23,115 nucleotides of DNA from an uncultured virus (IMG/VR IMGVR_UViG_3300025610_000002) (IMGVR_UViG_3300025610_000002), one strand, 5' to 3'. Positions 1 to 8,725 are shown, counted from the stretch's first letter. Made by a program: numbers and translations. Notes: generated from the sequence alone by a model not told the origin.

Positions 1-19
1 CTTCTCTCGGAAACTTCAT
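1..19 (-). CDS. 5' start of a gene running off the window (MKFPRE...); possibly primase small subunit
   Basis: ATG at 19 preceded by a GGAGGT RBS. Only 6 codons visible; the primase guess rests on the FPRE start and replisome context only. Confidence 0.3.
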
Positions 20-308
20 TTTTATTACCTCCAAAGTTAATTGTTGCTTCTTCTAGCATTTGCATTACTACTCCTGCTATCTCTCCGTTTAGTTGTGTCT
101 TAACGATGTGCCTAAAGGCATCTTCAATCGTATAGCCAACTAATCCTTCGTTGATTTTAGTTTCTCTTACTAACTCAAACCTATCAATAAGTTTGGACTC
201 GTTGTAGATTTCATCAGCAAGATAACTGACTGTTTGCTTGATGTTGGAAATTTCTTTGAATGTCCAATCTCTTGCAAGAACCTTTAATTTAATTTCCTCA
301 CTATTCAT
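1..308 (-). CDS. Hypothetical protein, partial (MNSEEIKLKVLARDWTFKEISNIKQ...), not in ORF track
   Basis: Hand translation: ATG at 308, just after the Cas4-like stop, open to the window edge. Confidence 0.7.
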   Translation of the reverse strand, partial: MNSEEIKLKVLARDWTFKEISNIKQTVSYLADEIYNESKLIDRFELVRETKINEGLVGYTIEDAFRHIVKTQLNGEIAGVVMQMLEEATINFGGNKNEVSER

Positions 309-312
309 TCCA

Positions 313-1218
313 TCACAACCAAGTTTGTTCGTCACAGATTGGGAAGAAGGAACAATGCATACAAGTCTTCGCAAAGAATTTCTCCGGATAGGATTGGTCT
401 TCATAAGCCTTAATTAATCTAGCAATGGACTTCATTAATGCAGTCGTGGTAGCCTTGACAACCTTCTCGCAAAAGAAATGGTTGGAAACAGGATAATACC
501 AAGACCAATGCGTAACGGGAATGTTTGGTTCCATTCCAGCATTACGCAGAATAGCGTCCGAAGAATTCTCAATCATGAGTTTGTAGAAAGCCATTTCCTT
601 TCGCATACTCGTTTTCTTGTAGTCCTTCCAAGCACCGGTCTTGAATTCCATTGGAATGAACCCACCATCTTCCAAGAATACACGGTCAATGATTCCCTGC
701 AAGTGGACTTTGTAATCTCGTCGTAGAGGGTTCTTTGGGTCTGTATTGGCACGAATCCAAATCTCGCAATCAAGTTTACCTTCATTACAAGCAGGAAGGT
801 AAGAGTCCAATTTATCTTCATTCCTAGCATCAATGAAGCGTTGTGCTTCAAAGAGTGCAATGTCGGCGTAGTCGTAGAAGTAGTCGTCGTCTTCCGGGAA
901 AAGCGAGGTGCAGTAGCCTACAACTTCGTCGGGAGTCATGCCTTCTGCCTTCTTAATGTCAAAATCGTTGAAGAAGTCTTCACGGGCATTGTGCATGATG
1001 GTTCCCTTTCGCATGGCTTCTGTTTGGTCAATAGGGCGGCGTTCCACATACGAGAATTGGTATTTCTTTGGACACCACTCAAAGGTTCCAAGTGAAGACT
1101 TTGTAATCTTCAAGATGGGTTCTGTGGGGTCGTCGTAGTTTTCCGGTAACCATTGATAGGTATATTCATCCATCGCTTCAATATCTGCATTGTATTTTTC
1201 TTCGTTATTCAAAACCAT
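313..1218 (-). CDS. Cas4/RecB-like PD-(D/E)XK exonuclease with 4-Cys Fe-S cluster
   Basis: N-terminal SSLGTFEWCPKKY, G-x-x-x-H (KGTIMH), GIIDRV...PMEFKTG nuclease motif, C-terminal CMHCSFFPIC. Confidence 0.9.
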   Translation of the reverse strand: MVLNNEEKYNADIEAMDEYTYQWLPENYDDPTEPILKITKSSLGTFEWCPKKYQFSYVERRPIDQTEAMRKGTIMHNAREDFFNDFDIKKAEGMTPDEVVGYCTSLFPEDDDYFYDYADIALFEAQRFIDARNEDKLDSYLPACNEGKLDCEIWIRANTDPKNPLRRDYKVHLQGIIDRVFLEDGGFIPMEFKTGAWKDYKKTSMRKEMAFYKLMIENSSDAILRNAGMEPNIPVTHWSWYYPVSNHFFCEKVVKATTTALMKSIARLIKAYEDQSYPEKFFAKTCMHCSFFPICDEQTWL

Positions 1219-2108
1219 TCCTCCAATGTTTTCATTTTTGTTCGTATTTTATTTGTGTCCCAATTCATAGCCTTGTAGATAGGCTCGGCTTTCTTGACGA
1301 CTTGCTCGGCATAGTGCGCCCAATCGGGAGTAAATTGTTGTAGTTCCTCAAAGGTCCTACCAGCAACATAAGTTGCTTCTACTGCTTTTCCGGTAATCGG
1401 ATGGATGAAGTGGCCTACAGGCTTCACCCGAATGTGGACATAAGAATCCACATCAAGAGGCAAACCGTTCTGCTGATGCGCCCAAATAAATCCAGCACTA
1501 CCAGCACTATAGGTTGGCTTCTTTCCATCTTTTGTTCTAAGGTGGCTAAAGTCCTTGCCGCACTTGGAACAGTAAGCATCAAACTTGCCTCCAGTATGTT
1601 TCCTGTAGGTTTGGAATGCGGTCGTTTTCCTACCACAAGAACACTTTAGGTCAAAGTTTTCGGGCTTAAAGCGGCTTCTTTTGACAATATCTGTAAAGTC
1701 AACTTCACCTCTCTTGACCTTAGAATACAGGTCGTTGAGGTAATTGTTGATTTCATCAAAGGGCTTCTGTTCAACCCACATCATCAACACCGTCTTTTGA
1801 ATGTCCTTAGCAAACTTCGTTTCAGCGAGTTTCTTTGCAGTAAAGCCCGTCATTGCAAACTTAGGCTCCTCAAGCCAAACACCGTCAAGCCAAGATACAA
1901 GACCAGCATTGCGATTCTTTGTCGTTCCAACACCGAGGCTAGAGTAGAATTTTTCAAACTCTAAAACTACGGGGTGTTGTTCCAATCCCAAAACATTGGG
2001 AAAGATTTTACGAACCTCGTCGTTAATCGTAGCAATGGTTTCTTCTGCTTTCTCTACTGATTCGCATTGAACATAGATGGAGTCCGTGTGTCCGTAAACG
2101 ACTTTCAC
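1209..2108 (-). CDS. polB: Family B DNA polymerase, C-terminal part (motif C, thumb) of a split gene
   Basis: Begins (M)KVVYGHTDSIYV (motif C), then LEFEK and KNRNAG; PIP-like C-terminus KTLEEWF. Probable start is GTG at 2108 (AAGGAG RBS upstream, GTGA overlap with the previous stop) rather than 2117. Confidence 0.92.
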   Translation of the reverse strand: MKVVYGHTDSIYVQCESVEKAEETIATINDEVRKIFPNVLGLEQHPVVLEFEKFYSSLGVGTTKNRNAGLVSWLDGVWLEEPKFAMTGFTAKKLAETKFAKDIQKTVLMMWVEQKPFDEINNYLNDLYSKVKRGEVDFTDIVKRSRFKPENFDLKCSCGRKTTAFQTYRKHTGGKFDAYCSKCGKDFSHLRTKDGKKPTYSAGSAGFIWAHQQNGLPLDVDSYVHIRVKPVGHFIHPITGKAVEATYVAGRTFEELQQFTPDWAHYAEQVVKKAEPIYKAMNWDTNKIRTKMKTLEEWF

Positions 2109-2290
2109 GGAGTCCACTCCTTATCTTCGCCTCCACTAGAGAGTAAAGCCAAGGCTAATCCTCCCGTTGCGACTGCGGCAGTTCCAATAATTGCAATTTC
2201 CAATAATTTTCCAATCAATTTGTATTCCTCCTCATTTTTCTGTAACAACTGTAACATATTTTGTAGTTGGGGTGTAGGGTTTTCGCCCAT
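2105..2290 (-). CDS. Small predicted membrane protein (61 aa) between the polB halves
   Basis: Hydrophobic segment LLEIAIIGTAAVATGGLALALL; its stop overlaps the polB-C start (GTGA). Confidence 0.65.
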   Translation of the reverse strand: MGENPTPQLQNMLQLLQKNEEEYKLIGKLLEIAIIGTAAVATGGLALALLSSGGEDKEWTP

Positions 2291-2302
2291 TCGTAGCAAA
2301 CC

Positions 2303-2398
2303 CTACAATGCATTTTTCTTCGCCTCTTCACAGGTCTTACATTTGTGTCCGGTAAATAATTCCGGCTTATGCGCTAATGGTTTTTCGCACTTCATCAT
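2303..2398 (-). CDS. 31-aa Cys/His micro-protein (MMKCEKPLAHKPELFTGHKCKTCEEAKKNAL), not in ORF track
   Basis: AAGGAGG RBS 5 nt upstream, ATGA overlap with the polB-N stop, C-x5-H...CxxC pattern. Confidence 0.65.
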   Translation of the reverse strand: MMKCEKPLAHKPELFTGHKCKTCEEAKKNAL

Positions 2399-4167
2399 TC
2401 TAGCCTCCTTGCAACAAAAGCGGCCTCACGGATGGCCTCTCTAGCACTAGCGGTAATGCTCGCCGCTAAATCCTTATTGCTCCAACCGAATCCTCGGAAT
2501 GCGAGAATCCCGTAGAAAGAAGCCATGAGCCTCTTGACGGCCATTTGGTTGTTGTTCCACTTGACCTCTTCATCCTTGTCCCCTGCATCCCTAGCGGCCT
2601 TCATTTCAGCCTTGTAGGTGTTGCGGAGAGCCTTCAATTCAAGAAGGGAGCGAGGCAACAGACCCAACTCATCCGTCTTGAAGTAGACCATGTTCGGCGT
2701 GTATCCTGCCGGGAGAGGGCGCAGATTTTGAGGCATGTTCAAGTCAGCGCCGAAAGGGGTGGGTTCATCGCTGATGGTTTCAAAACTGATGTTCCGGGCG
2801 ATAATCATTGAAGGATACAGGCCAGCAAAGTCAAAGGCGGCTACATTGAGGTGCAGTCCATTGGTTCCCTCGTCCAATGGATTGTAAATCATAGCACCCG
2901 AATAGGACAAAGACTCGCCACACTTCTTGCAGGTCTTCAACTGTTTGTCCTTAGGATTCTCATGACCGCAACTATCGCAAATCTTGACCTTCAACCTCAC
3001 TCCTGTTTTACACTTCCAAGAAGCGTTTCGCATGAAGTAGATAGAACCCATGTGAGAAGCAAAGAAGCACGACTCAAAGGGAGCCTTTAGCAATCTTTGA
3101 AGTGCAATAATCGCTTCACTACAATGGTTTTCTTCGTCAATCTTTCGCAACAACTCTACATCAACAATGGTGTATTGCAAGTAAGCGTATTGGTCTTCCA
3201 GCCAAGCCCTTGTATAGAATTCATTGGGGTCAGTAAACTTCGTTTCAATGTATTTCCCTTCACCAAAAAGCGTCTTGGAAACATAGTCCAAAGCAAGACT
3301 AGGGAGCGTTCCTCGTTGTGCGTCGTTCCATTGCCGTTCAAAGGCAACATCAAGATTGAGCATCAGCATACCTTTGACCGGTTGTGCGATGGGAGAGTAG
3401 CCGTCCTTCTTGGTAAAGTAAGGCTCTCCATCATCGTAGCGGATACCGTCAATGATTCCCAAAGGTGAAATTACAGATGGGTCAATACGATTCTCGCAAC
3501 AACGGTCCAACAACTTGGGCAAGTCAAACTTCAAACCAAACCAAGCAATCATCATGTCGGGTCGTTCTTGAACAAGGAAATCAACAAAATTCTGTAGCAT
3601 TTCCCTTTCGCTACCAAAGACTCGCATAGCGGTGGGGCCGTAGTTTTCTACTTCGGGTTGACCATGCTCTACAACAGTCCCATTAGGATACCAAACCCAA
3701 AGCGTGTGGTTTTGAGAGAAGTTATCGTAGAGTCCAATCGCAGTAATCTTACCGTCATGGTCCCCTCCACCCTGAAGCCATTCCATATCCCAATAGTATT
3801 TCTTGAGTTTGTAGGTTGGCATTTCTTCAATCTCATCAACGGCATAACGATTCACCAAAGAAACATCTGCTTCGTAAGTCATGTCACCATTACGAGGGTG
3901 CATGAAGGCTTTCTTGGCGCTATTGAGATGAGAAGGCTTGTCGTAGAACACTTTCTTGAGAGCCTTACCATCAAGAGTAAACCATTCGCCATTGTGTGGT
4001 CCGTAGGTAAAATCACGCTTCAAAGCGCCATGCTTGTAGGAGTTGGCTTGGCGATAAGAAGCAGGAACGAAAAAATATGGTTTGAATTCCTCTTCGTTCT
4101 CAATTCTTTTTCCATCTTGGTTTCTGTAGCAGGTATAGATTGTGTCTTCTGTATTTGCAATTATCAT
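2395..4167 (-). CDS. polB: Family B DNA polymerase, N-terminal part (3'-5' exonuclease, motifs A and B)
   Basis: ExoI WDMEW, ExoII FGLKFDLPKL, ExoIII YTIVDV, motif A FDFAGLYPSMII, motif B KRLMASFYG; ends before motif C. Confidence 0.93.
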   Translation of the reverse strand: MIIANTEDTIYTCYRNQDGKRIENEEEFKPYFFVPASYRQANSYKHGALKRDFTYGPHNGEWFTLDGKALKKVFYDKPSHLNSAKKAFMHPRNGDMTYEADVSLVNRYAVDEIEEMPTYKLKKYYWDMEWLQGGGDHDGKITAIGLYDNFSQNHTLWVWYPNGTVVEHGQPEVENYGPTAMRVFGSEREMLQNFVDFLVQERPDMMIAWFGLKFDLPKLLDRCCENRIDPSVISPLGIIDGIRYDDGEPYFTKKDGYSPIAQPVKGMLMLNLDVAFERQWNDAQRGTLPSLALDYVSKTLFGEGKYIETKFTDPNEFYTRAWLEDQYAYLQYTIVDVELLRKIDEENHCSEAIIALQRLLKAPFESCFFASHMGSIYFMRNASWKCKTGVRLKVKICDSCGHENPKDKQLKTCKKCGESLSYSGAMIYNPLDEGTNGLHLNVAAFDFAGLYPSMIIARNISFETISDEPTPFGADLNMPQNLRPLPAGYTPNMVYFKTDELGLLPRSLLELKALRNTYKAEMKAARDAGDKDEEVKWNNNQMAVKRLMASFYGILAFRGFGWSNKDLAASITASAREAIREAAFVARRLE

Positions 4168-4185
4168 TGATATTCCTCAGTATTT

Positions 4186-4956
4186 TTACTCAATGTGAGG
4201 CGCACGAATAAGGAACCGATTTTCATTTAGTAAAAGTAATGGAAATTCATCTCTCATGTGGAGAACGAAGTTTTCATTGAAGAACTTGTGAAGTGGTCCG
4301 GTATAGGACACCGTGGCGTCCTCCCCAATGTGGCGCTCGTTTTGTTCAATGGTTAGTTGTTGGTCGTATGACTTCAAACCGTTTCGGGCAGAGATTCGCA
4401 AGTTGCTATCCTTGAAGTCAAAGGTAGTGTAGCCTCCACCAATCAAGTCACACATATCGGCTGAATTCTTGAAACTCTCAACATCAACCGTGCATCGTGC
4501 TTCAAAAGCAGTCCCGTTGAAGGAAGGCATGGCGGTGTTGGATGAGTCAACTACAAAGTCCATCTTCTTGACATTGTTGATGGTGTTGATGTGAGAGTGT
4601 TCACGAAGCAATGGTAGTGTCACTTTGCCTTCGGAAACGATACACAAGTGGTTGTGTAAGTCCTCTTCTGTTGAGATTTGGAGTGAAACTTCACCCTTGA
4701 TTTTCCTCAAAAATTTGAGAACCTCGTCCCCGTCAAAGGCACAGGAAACAGAAGGTCCTCTAACATCAACAGTATCTAATTCAAGACGAGCGATACAAGT
4801 CGGGTCTGCATTCCAAAGCATTACACCTTGTCCAACAGAACCTTCCAAGAGGATTTGACTACCGAGAGAACCACTCTTCTCACCATACTTACCCTTCATC
4901 ATGAGGTCGTTAATGGAGTTGGCTAGAGTCTTGCTATCACAAGTAATGAAAATCAA
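4186..4956 (-). CDS. PCNA-like sliding clamp
   Basis: 256 aa, two-domain alpha/beta periodicity typical of clamps (e.g. NADPTCIARLEL, ARCTVDVESFKNSAD); beside polB in a module with RFC genes. Divergent, so the call is partly contextual. Confidence 0.65.
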   Translation of the reverse strand: MIFITCDSKTLANSINDLMMKGKYGEKSGSLGSQILLEGSVGQGVMLWNADPTCIARLELDTVDVRGPSVSCAFDGDEVLKFLRKIKGEVSLQISTEEDLHNHLCIVSEGKVTLPLLREHSHINTINNVKKMDFVVDSSNTAMPSFNGTAFEARCTVDVESFKNSADMCDLIGGGYTTFDFKDSNLRISARNGLKSYDQQLTIEQNERHIGEDATVSYTGPLHKFFNENFVLHMRDEFPLLLLNENRFLIRAPHIE

Positions 4957-5747
4957 ATTCTCATCTCCTTGATTTCATCAATACCGTTCCATTGAACGCT
5001 TCCGTCACGATTAATCGTCAAGAAGTTGAAACGCTTACCGACAAGAACAGGGTGATATTTACTGCTCTTGACTTCCGCTTGGTATTCTGTTCCTCTTGCC
5101 GTCACTCTTTGAGTTGTCTTCAAGACCGAGTGGAGATGAGAATCCCATCGGTTCCAAATTGGAGCAGGGGCTTCATCACGGAACGGTGGCTTTGTGTGCG
5201 TAATGTAAATGCGGTGACAGTCAAGAGAAAGCGACTCCTTCAAGACTTCACGGTAAGGCTGGTTTCGTTGGAACCAATCTTGTTGAGCCTTGGCTTTCAT
5301 GGGTCGCATTCTTGAGTTTTCCATCCCGGTCATATACAAAGTGCAGTAGTCCAGCCACGAATCTACACCGTCCCAAACGAACAGAATTTCTTCGCTTGAA
5401 TTTTCAATCTCTTGGCGAACAAGAGCAATGAAGGAACGAATGTTCCCTTGTGTTTGGTAAGGAAGGAAGTTACCTTCTTCGTCTTCTGCGGCAGGGTTGA
5501 AGATTACAATGCGGTCTGTAGCATCGTAGTTTGTCTTCCAAGTTGGGACTGCGCCAATGTCACAGTCAAGGTAGTAGGTCTTGAATGGAGTATCCATCGT
5601 AAGGCCGGATTTACCGGTCTTAGCATCCCCTTCAATTCCAAGACACACCTTGTTCTTACTTGTCTTTGCCGTTTGCTTCTGCTTGGCGATGAGTGCTTGA
5701 ATAGCATTCACATCAATCGCTGTTTCTTTCATCTTATTGTTTATCAT
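4953..5747 (-). CDS. P-loop ATPase, RecA/RadA/Sak4-like (AAA_24-type)
   Basis: Walker A GDAKTGKS, YLDCD, Walker B FVWDGVD, ITH. Start placed at ATG 5747 by the AGGTGA RBS. Confidence 0.8.
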   Translation of the reverse strand: MINNKMKETAIDVNAIQALIAKQKQTAKTSKNKVCLGIEGDAKTGKSGLTMDTPFKTYYLDCDIGAVPTWKTNYDATDRIVIFNPAAEDEEGNFLPYQTQGNIRSFIALVRQEIENSSEEILFVWDGVDSWLDYCTLYMTGMENSRMRPMKAKAQQDWFQRNQPYREVLKESLSLDCHRIYITHTKPPFRDEAPAPIWNRWDSHLHSVLKTTQRVTARGTEYQAEVKSSKYHPVLVGKRFNFLTINRDGSVQWNGIDEIKEMRI

Positions 5748-5752
5748 AATTT

Positions 5753-5959
5753 TCACCTGTATTCTTTCCATTGTTTAATCAGTTTGTCTACTTCTTCTTG
5801 TTGTTCTAGGATAAAGCGCACTTCTTTTGTTCCGATGTGCATCTTAATGTGGAAGTTGTTGTCGTCCCAATTTTGCTTCATAGTAATGAAGTCAACATCT
5901 CGCAAATCCACAATCCACTTGTCTTGAGCGGATACATATTCTTGCTGGTAGTCAATCAT
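5753..5959 (-). CDS. Hypothetical 68-aa protein (possible PH-like fold)
   Basis: GGAGGTG RBS, ATGA overlap, beta-strand pattern followed by a C-terminal helix. Confidence 0.75.
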   Translation of the reverse strand: MIDYQQEYVSAQDKWIVDLRDVDFITMKQNWDDNNFHIKMHIGTKEVRFILEQQEEVDKLIKQWKEYR

Positions 5960-6162
5960 TCATCCACACCTCCAATCGCTTTCATTCGCTTAAGGAATTC
6001 GTAAAACTCTGTATGGTTTACCAATTGCAGAATCTTACCACCACTAGAATAAATCTTGAGCATGACCATGTTATCGGGTTCAATGTCCCAAGAAACATGT
6101 TGAATCCTACTAAAGAGAATAAACGCTTTATCTGTCATTATTGCATTGTCGTAAAATTTCAT
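5956..6162 (-). CDS. Hypothetical 68-aa protein (MKFYDNAIMTDK...), apparent paralog of 5753-5959
   Basis: AGGTGA RBS before ATG 6162. The longer track ORF (to 6327) overlaps the SSB gene and the GC-rich spacer. Confidence 0.7.
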   Translation of the reverse strand: MKFYDNAIMTDKAFILFSRIQHVSWDIEPDNMVMLKIYSSGGKILQLVNHTEFYEFLKRMKAIGGVDE

Positions 6163-6178
6163 TATAGTCACCTGTAAA

Positions 6179-6262
6179 GGATAGGGCATTGCACCCATCC
6201 GAGCGTCAAAATCTCCACGGCTCACGCTTACGCCGCCCAGAGGAGGACACCTAAACCCCCTT
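6179..6262 (-). other. GC-rich structured intergenic element (three hairpins)
   Basis: Minus-strand stems AGGGGG/CCTCCT (6241-6261), AGCGT/ACGCT (6202-6228) and GGATGGG-TGCAATG-CCCTATCC (6179-6200). Confidence 0.4.
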
Positions 6263-6271
6263 GGAGTGGGA

Positions 6272-7474
6272 TTAGAACCAATCAAGGTTCTCTTCGGTTG
6301 CCTCCGAAATCTCCACGACTTGGCCACGGCGCTCCACTACAAGGAGGCCTGCCGTGTTAATGGTAACGGGTTGAAGGCCCTCGTCGGTTTCCCGCTGAGA
6401 GGTTCGTCCAACCACCATCACAAGCGAACCGATGCCGAAATCAATCTCAATGTTTTGAGGAATCCAGCAAGTCGTCATGCCGTCTTCTTCGTAGTCAAAG
6501 TCGGCTTGAAGGTCGGTAATGTTGATGATGCGGTTGCCGTTAGCAGTTGCAGTCATGTTGATGTTGCACACCGTTCCCGTGGTGATAACGAACCTATCCG
6601 TAGAAGGACGGTCGCCAAGTTCCACATGCTTCTCCTCAAGAGAACCAAGATAAGCCACATTATCGGGCAACTTCTCGGCCATGAGTTGAGCCATGTTGAT
6701 GTTGGAAACATTGCGGTAGAGGTCCCCGTTGGGGTCTTCGTCGTCGTTCATCCGAAGGCTACCAATCGTCTTGTCGGTAAATCCGTAGATGAAACCATCA
6801 CGGTTACTGTCCTTAATGACAACCATACTCAACCAAGAGAAGGTCTTTGGCGTGAAGTCAATACCGCCTTGGTTCTTGTAAGAGAACTTGTAAGCGGTGT
6901 AGTCTTCGTCGTCGTCAACCTTTCCAATGAAGATACCACTACGGCGCATGACCGGGTTAAGAGGTCGTCCGTAGTTTTGGTTCTCTCCACCATTTTGGTA
7001 GCGGGGTTGGTTGTCAAGGGGAATGATGATTGAACCATCTTCCAAGTGCTGAACGCATTCGGGAAGATTGGCAACATTCTTCTCTTGGACTTCTCCGTTA
7101 TGACAACGGGAAACAGAGTAGAATCCGTTTTCCTTCTCTTCCACGATGGCGACGAAGCCGCTCTTGTGAGCGTTGAACGGGTCGTTCTTCCACTCCTCTA
7201 CTGCACGGCGTCGGTTGTATTCGTTCAAATCTCTTGGCTCCTCAAGAGAGATGAAGAATCCAAAGGCTTGCTTAGCAAGACCACCTTTCTTCTGCGTTTC
7301 GTTCCCGGATTTTTGGTTTCGGATTTGTTGGGCGGCGTAAGAGCGCCAAAGAGCAATAGCCATCGGACTATCGCTCGTCACCCCGTTCTCCTTACAAATT
7401 TCCTCGTATTTCAATTGAGCATCCTCAACGGGGATGTTCAACTTCTCTGCGGCTTTCACAATTTCGTTTTGCAT
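6272..7474 (-). CDS. RPA/SSB-like single-stranded DNA-binding protein (OB folds)
   Basis: OB-like C-terminal region (ITTGTVCNINM...GIGSLVMVVGRTS), acidic-aromatic tail EATEENLDWF, replisome context. Confidence 0.65.
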   Translation of the reverse strand: MQNEIVKAAEKLNIPVEDAQLKYEEICKENGVTSDSPMAIALWRSYAAQQIRNQKSGNETQKKGGLAKQAFGFFISLEEPRDLNEYNRRRAVEEWKNDPFNAHKSGFVAIVEEKENGFYSVSRCHNGEVQEKNVANLPECVQHLEDGSIIIPLDNQPRYQNGGENQNYGRPLNPVMRRSGIFIGKVDDDEDYTAYKFSYKNQGGIDFTPKTFSWLSMVVIKDSNRDGFIYGFTDKTIGSLRMNDDEDPNGDLYRNVSNINMAQLMAEKLPDNVAYLGSLEEKHVELGDRPSTDRFVITTGTVCNINMTATANGNRIINITDLQADFDYEEDGMTTCWIPQNIEIDFGIGSLVMVVGRTSQRETDEGLQPVTINTAGLLVVERRGQVVEISEATEENLDWF

Positions 7475-7488
7475 TTATTTTTTCCCTC

Positions 7489-8397
7489 CTATATTAGTTG
7501 GCCCACCATCCATGATGCAAGTAATTTCGGGGTCATGCTGGTGGAACGCCATTCTCCCTCTCCAATCACTCGCAGGAATTTCAGTTTTGTATTTGATTCA
7601 AGGTCACACTTGATAATGTATTCATGAAGACCAACGCAGATTTCCTTAACGGAACGGCCTGCGTAGATTGCTTGATGTATCTTTTCAAGTGAACCATTTA
7701 CATTTTTATCCATAATTTGTTTTACTATTTCTTCGTATTCGGTTAGACCCTTTTCCAACTGTCGTGTAAGTGTCGTCCCCGTTACCACGCTCGCCTGTAA
7801 CTCGGTGAGTGTTCTACGCAAATCACCTTGAAGAGAGTATATGAACTCTCCTAATTGGTCTTCGGGAAGGTCATGACCCTCCTTACGCAAAACCTGTTTC
7901 ACTACTCGCAAAACAAGGTCAAGTGGTAATGGTTTGAAATGGTAATTCGCACAACGGCTCTGTAGTGCGTAGATGATTTTGTTACGGTCATTGCAGGTAA
8001 TGATGAACCTTACATTGTCCGAGTATCGCTCCATGATACGCTTGAGTGCGTTCTGTGCGTCGTTGGTCATTCCATCCATCTCATCCAACAAGATGATTCG
8101 GAAGGGAATGTTACCCATCGTTCCGCTTTGGGCGATTTCCTTAATCTTGGTGCGAACAGTTTCAAGTCGCCTATCATCGGAAGCATTCACTTCAAAGTAA
8201 TTCTCTTTAGCGTATTGCCCAAGAATTGCTTGAGCCAATACAAAGGCGATTGATGTTTTCCCTGTTCCCGGTTGTCCGTAAACAAGAACATTGGGCATGT
8301 TTTTCATTTCAGCCCAAGACTCTGCATCCATTACAAAGTGTTCTTGTCCTACAATTTCATTCAGTTTTGTTGGTCTGTATTTTTCTGTCCATAGCAT
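7489..8397 (-). CDS. rfcS: Replication factor C small subunit (clamp loader)
   Basis: LWTEKYRP, Walker A GQPGTGKT, EVNASDDR, IILLDEMD, AQNALKRIME, ALQSRC, GDLRR. Confidence 0.96.
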   Translation of the reverse strand: MLWTEKYRPTKLNEIVGQEHFVMDAESWAEMKNMPNVLVYGQPGTGKTSIAFVLAQAILGQYAKENYFEVNASDDRRLETVRTKIKEIAQSGTMGNIPFRIILLDEMDGMTNDAQNALKRIMERYSDNVRFIITCNDRNKIIYALQSRCANYHFKPLPLDLVLRVVKQVLRKEGHDLPEDQLGEFIYSLQGDLRRTLTELQASVVTGTTLTRQLEKGLTEYEEIVKQIMDKNVNGSLEKIHQAIYAGRSVKEICVGLHEYIIKCDLESNTKLKFLRVIGEGEWRSTSMTPKLLASWMVGQLI

Positions 8398-8725
8398 TTT
8401 TATTCCTCATTTTTATTCTTCTTCTGCTTTCGCTTTTTTGTTGATTTATTCTTTTCCTAAATTCGGGGTCTTTTCTCATTCTTTCCCTGCGTCGTTCGGT
8501 TATTCTACGATGTTTTCTCCTAGTATTCATTTGCTCTGCAACGCAGAAGAAATCACCATACATGCCTTCTTGAGCAAGTTGGTAAAGCGTATCAAATTGT
8601 TCTTCTGTTATGTCCTTCCAAAGACCATAATGAATGAAATTCTTTGTATGCCTCAACTGTAGTGCGACATTGGGAGCAATATCAAAAACATCTGTTAAGA
8701 AAACTGTTGTTTCGGTATAATCCAT
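8357..8725 (-). CDS. Hypothetical protein with basic C-terminal helix
   Basis: 122-aa ORF coupled by TAATG to the upstream gene; Arg/Lys-rich tail. Confidence 0.6.
   Translation of the reverse strand: MDYTETTVFLTDVFDIAPNVALQLRHTKNFIHYGLWKDITEEQFDTLYQLAQEGMYGDFFCVAEQMNTRRKHRRITERRRERMRKDPEFRKRINQQKSESRRRIKMRNKNAMDRKIQTNKTE

Noticed and set aside
313..1218. Cas4-like gene as evidence of a CRISPR-Cas locus
   Set aside because: No repeat-spacer array or other cas genes seen; solo Cas4-like nucleases are common in archaeal virus replication modules.
2109..2394. Intron, intein or frameshift explaining the polB split
   Set aside because: No intein termini (C/S start, HN end), the gap is filled by two coupled ORFs, and polB-C has its own RBS and start. 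A cryptic intron is not formally excluded.
6163..6327. N-terminal extension of ORF 5956..6327
   Set aside because: It overlaps the SSB 3' end and the structured spacer; a good RBS supports ATG 6162.
6266..7627. Plus-strand ORFs of 255 and 193 aa (and similar ones at 20940-21821, 18924-19508, 3658-4170, 5412-5927)
   Set aside because: They lie wholly opposite well-supported minus-strand genes, with no motifs or RBS.
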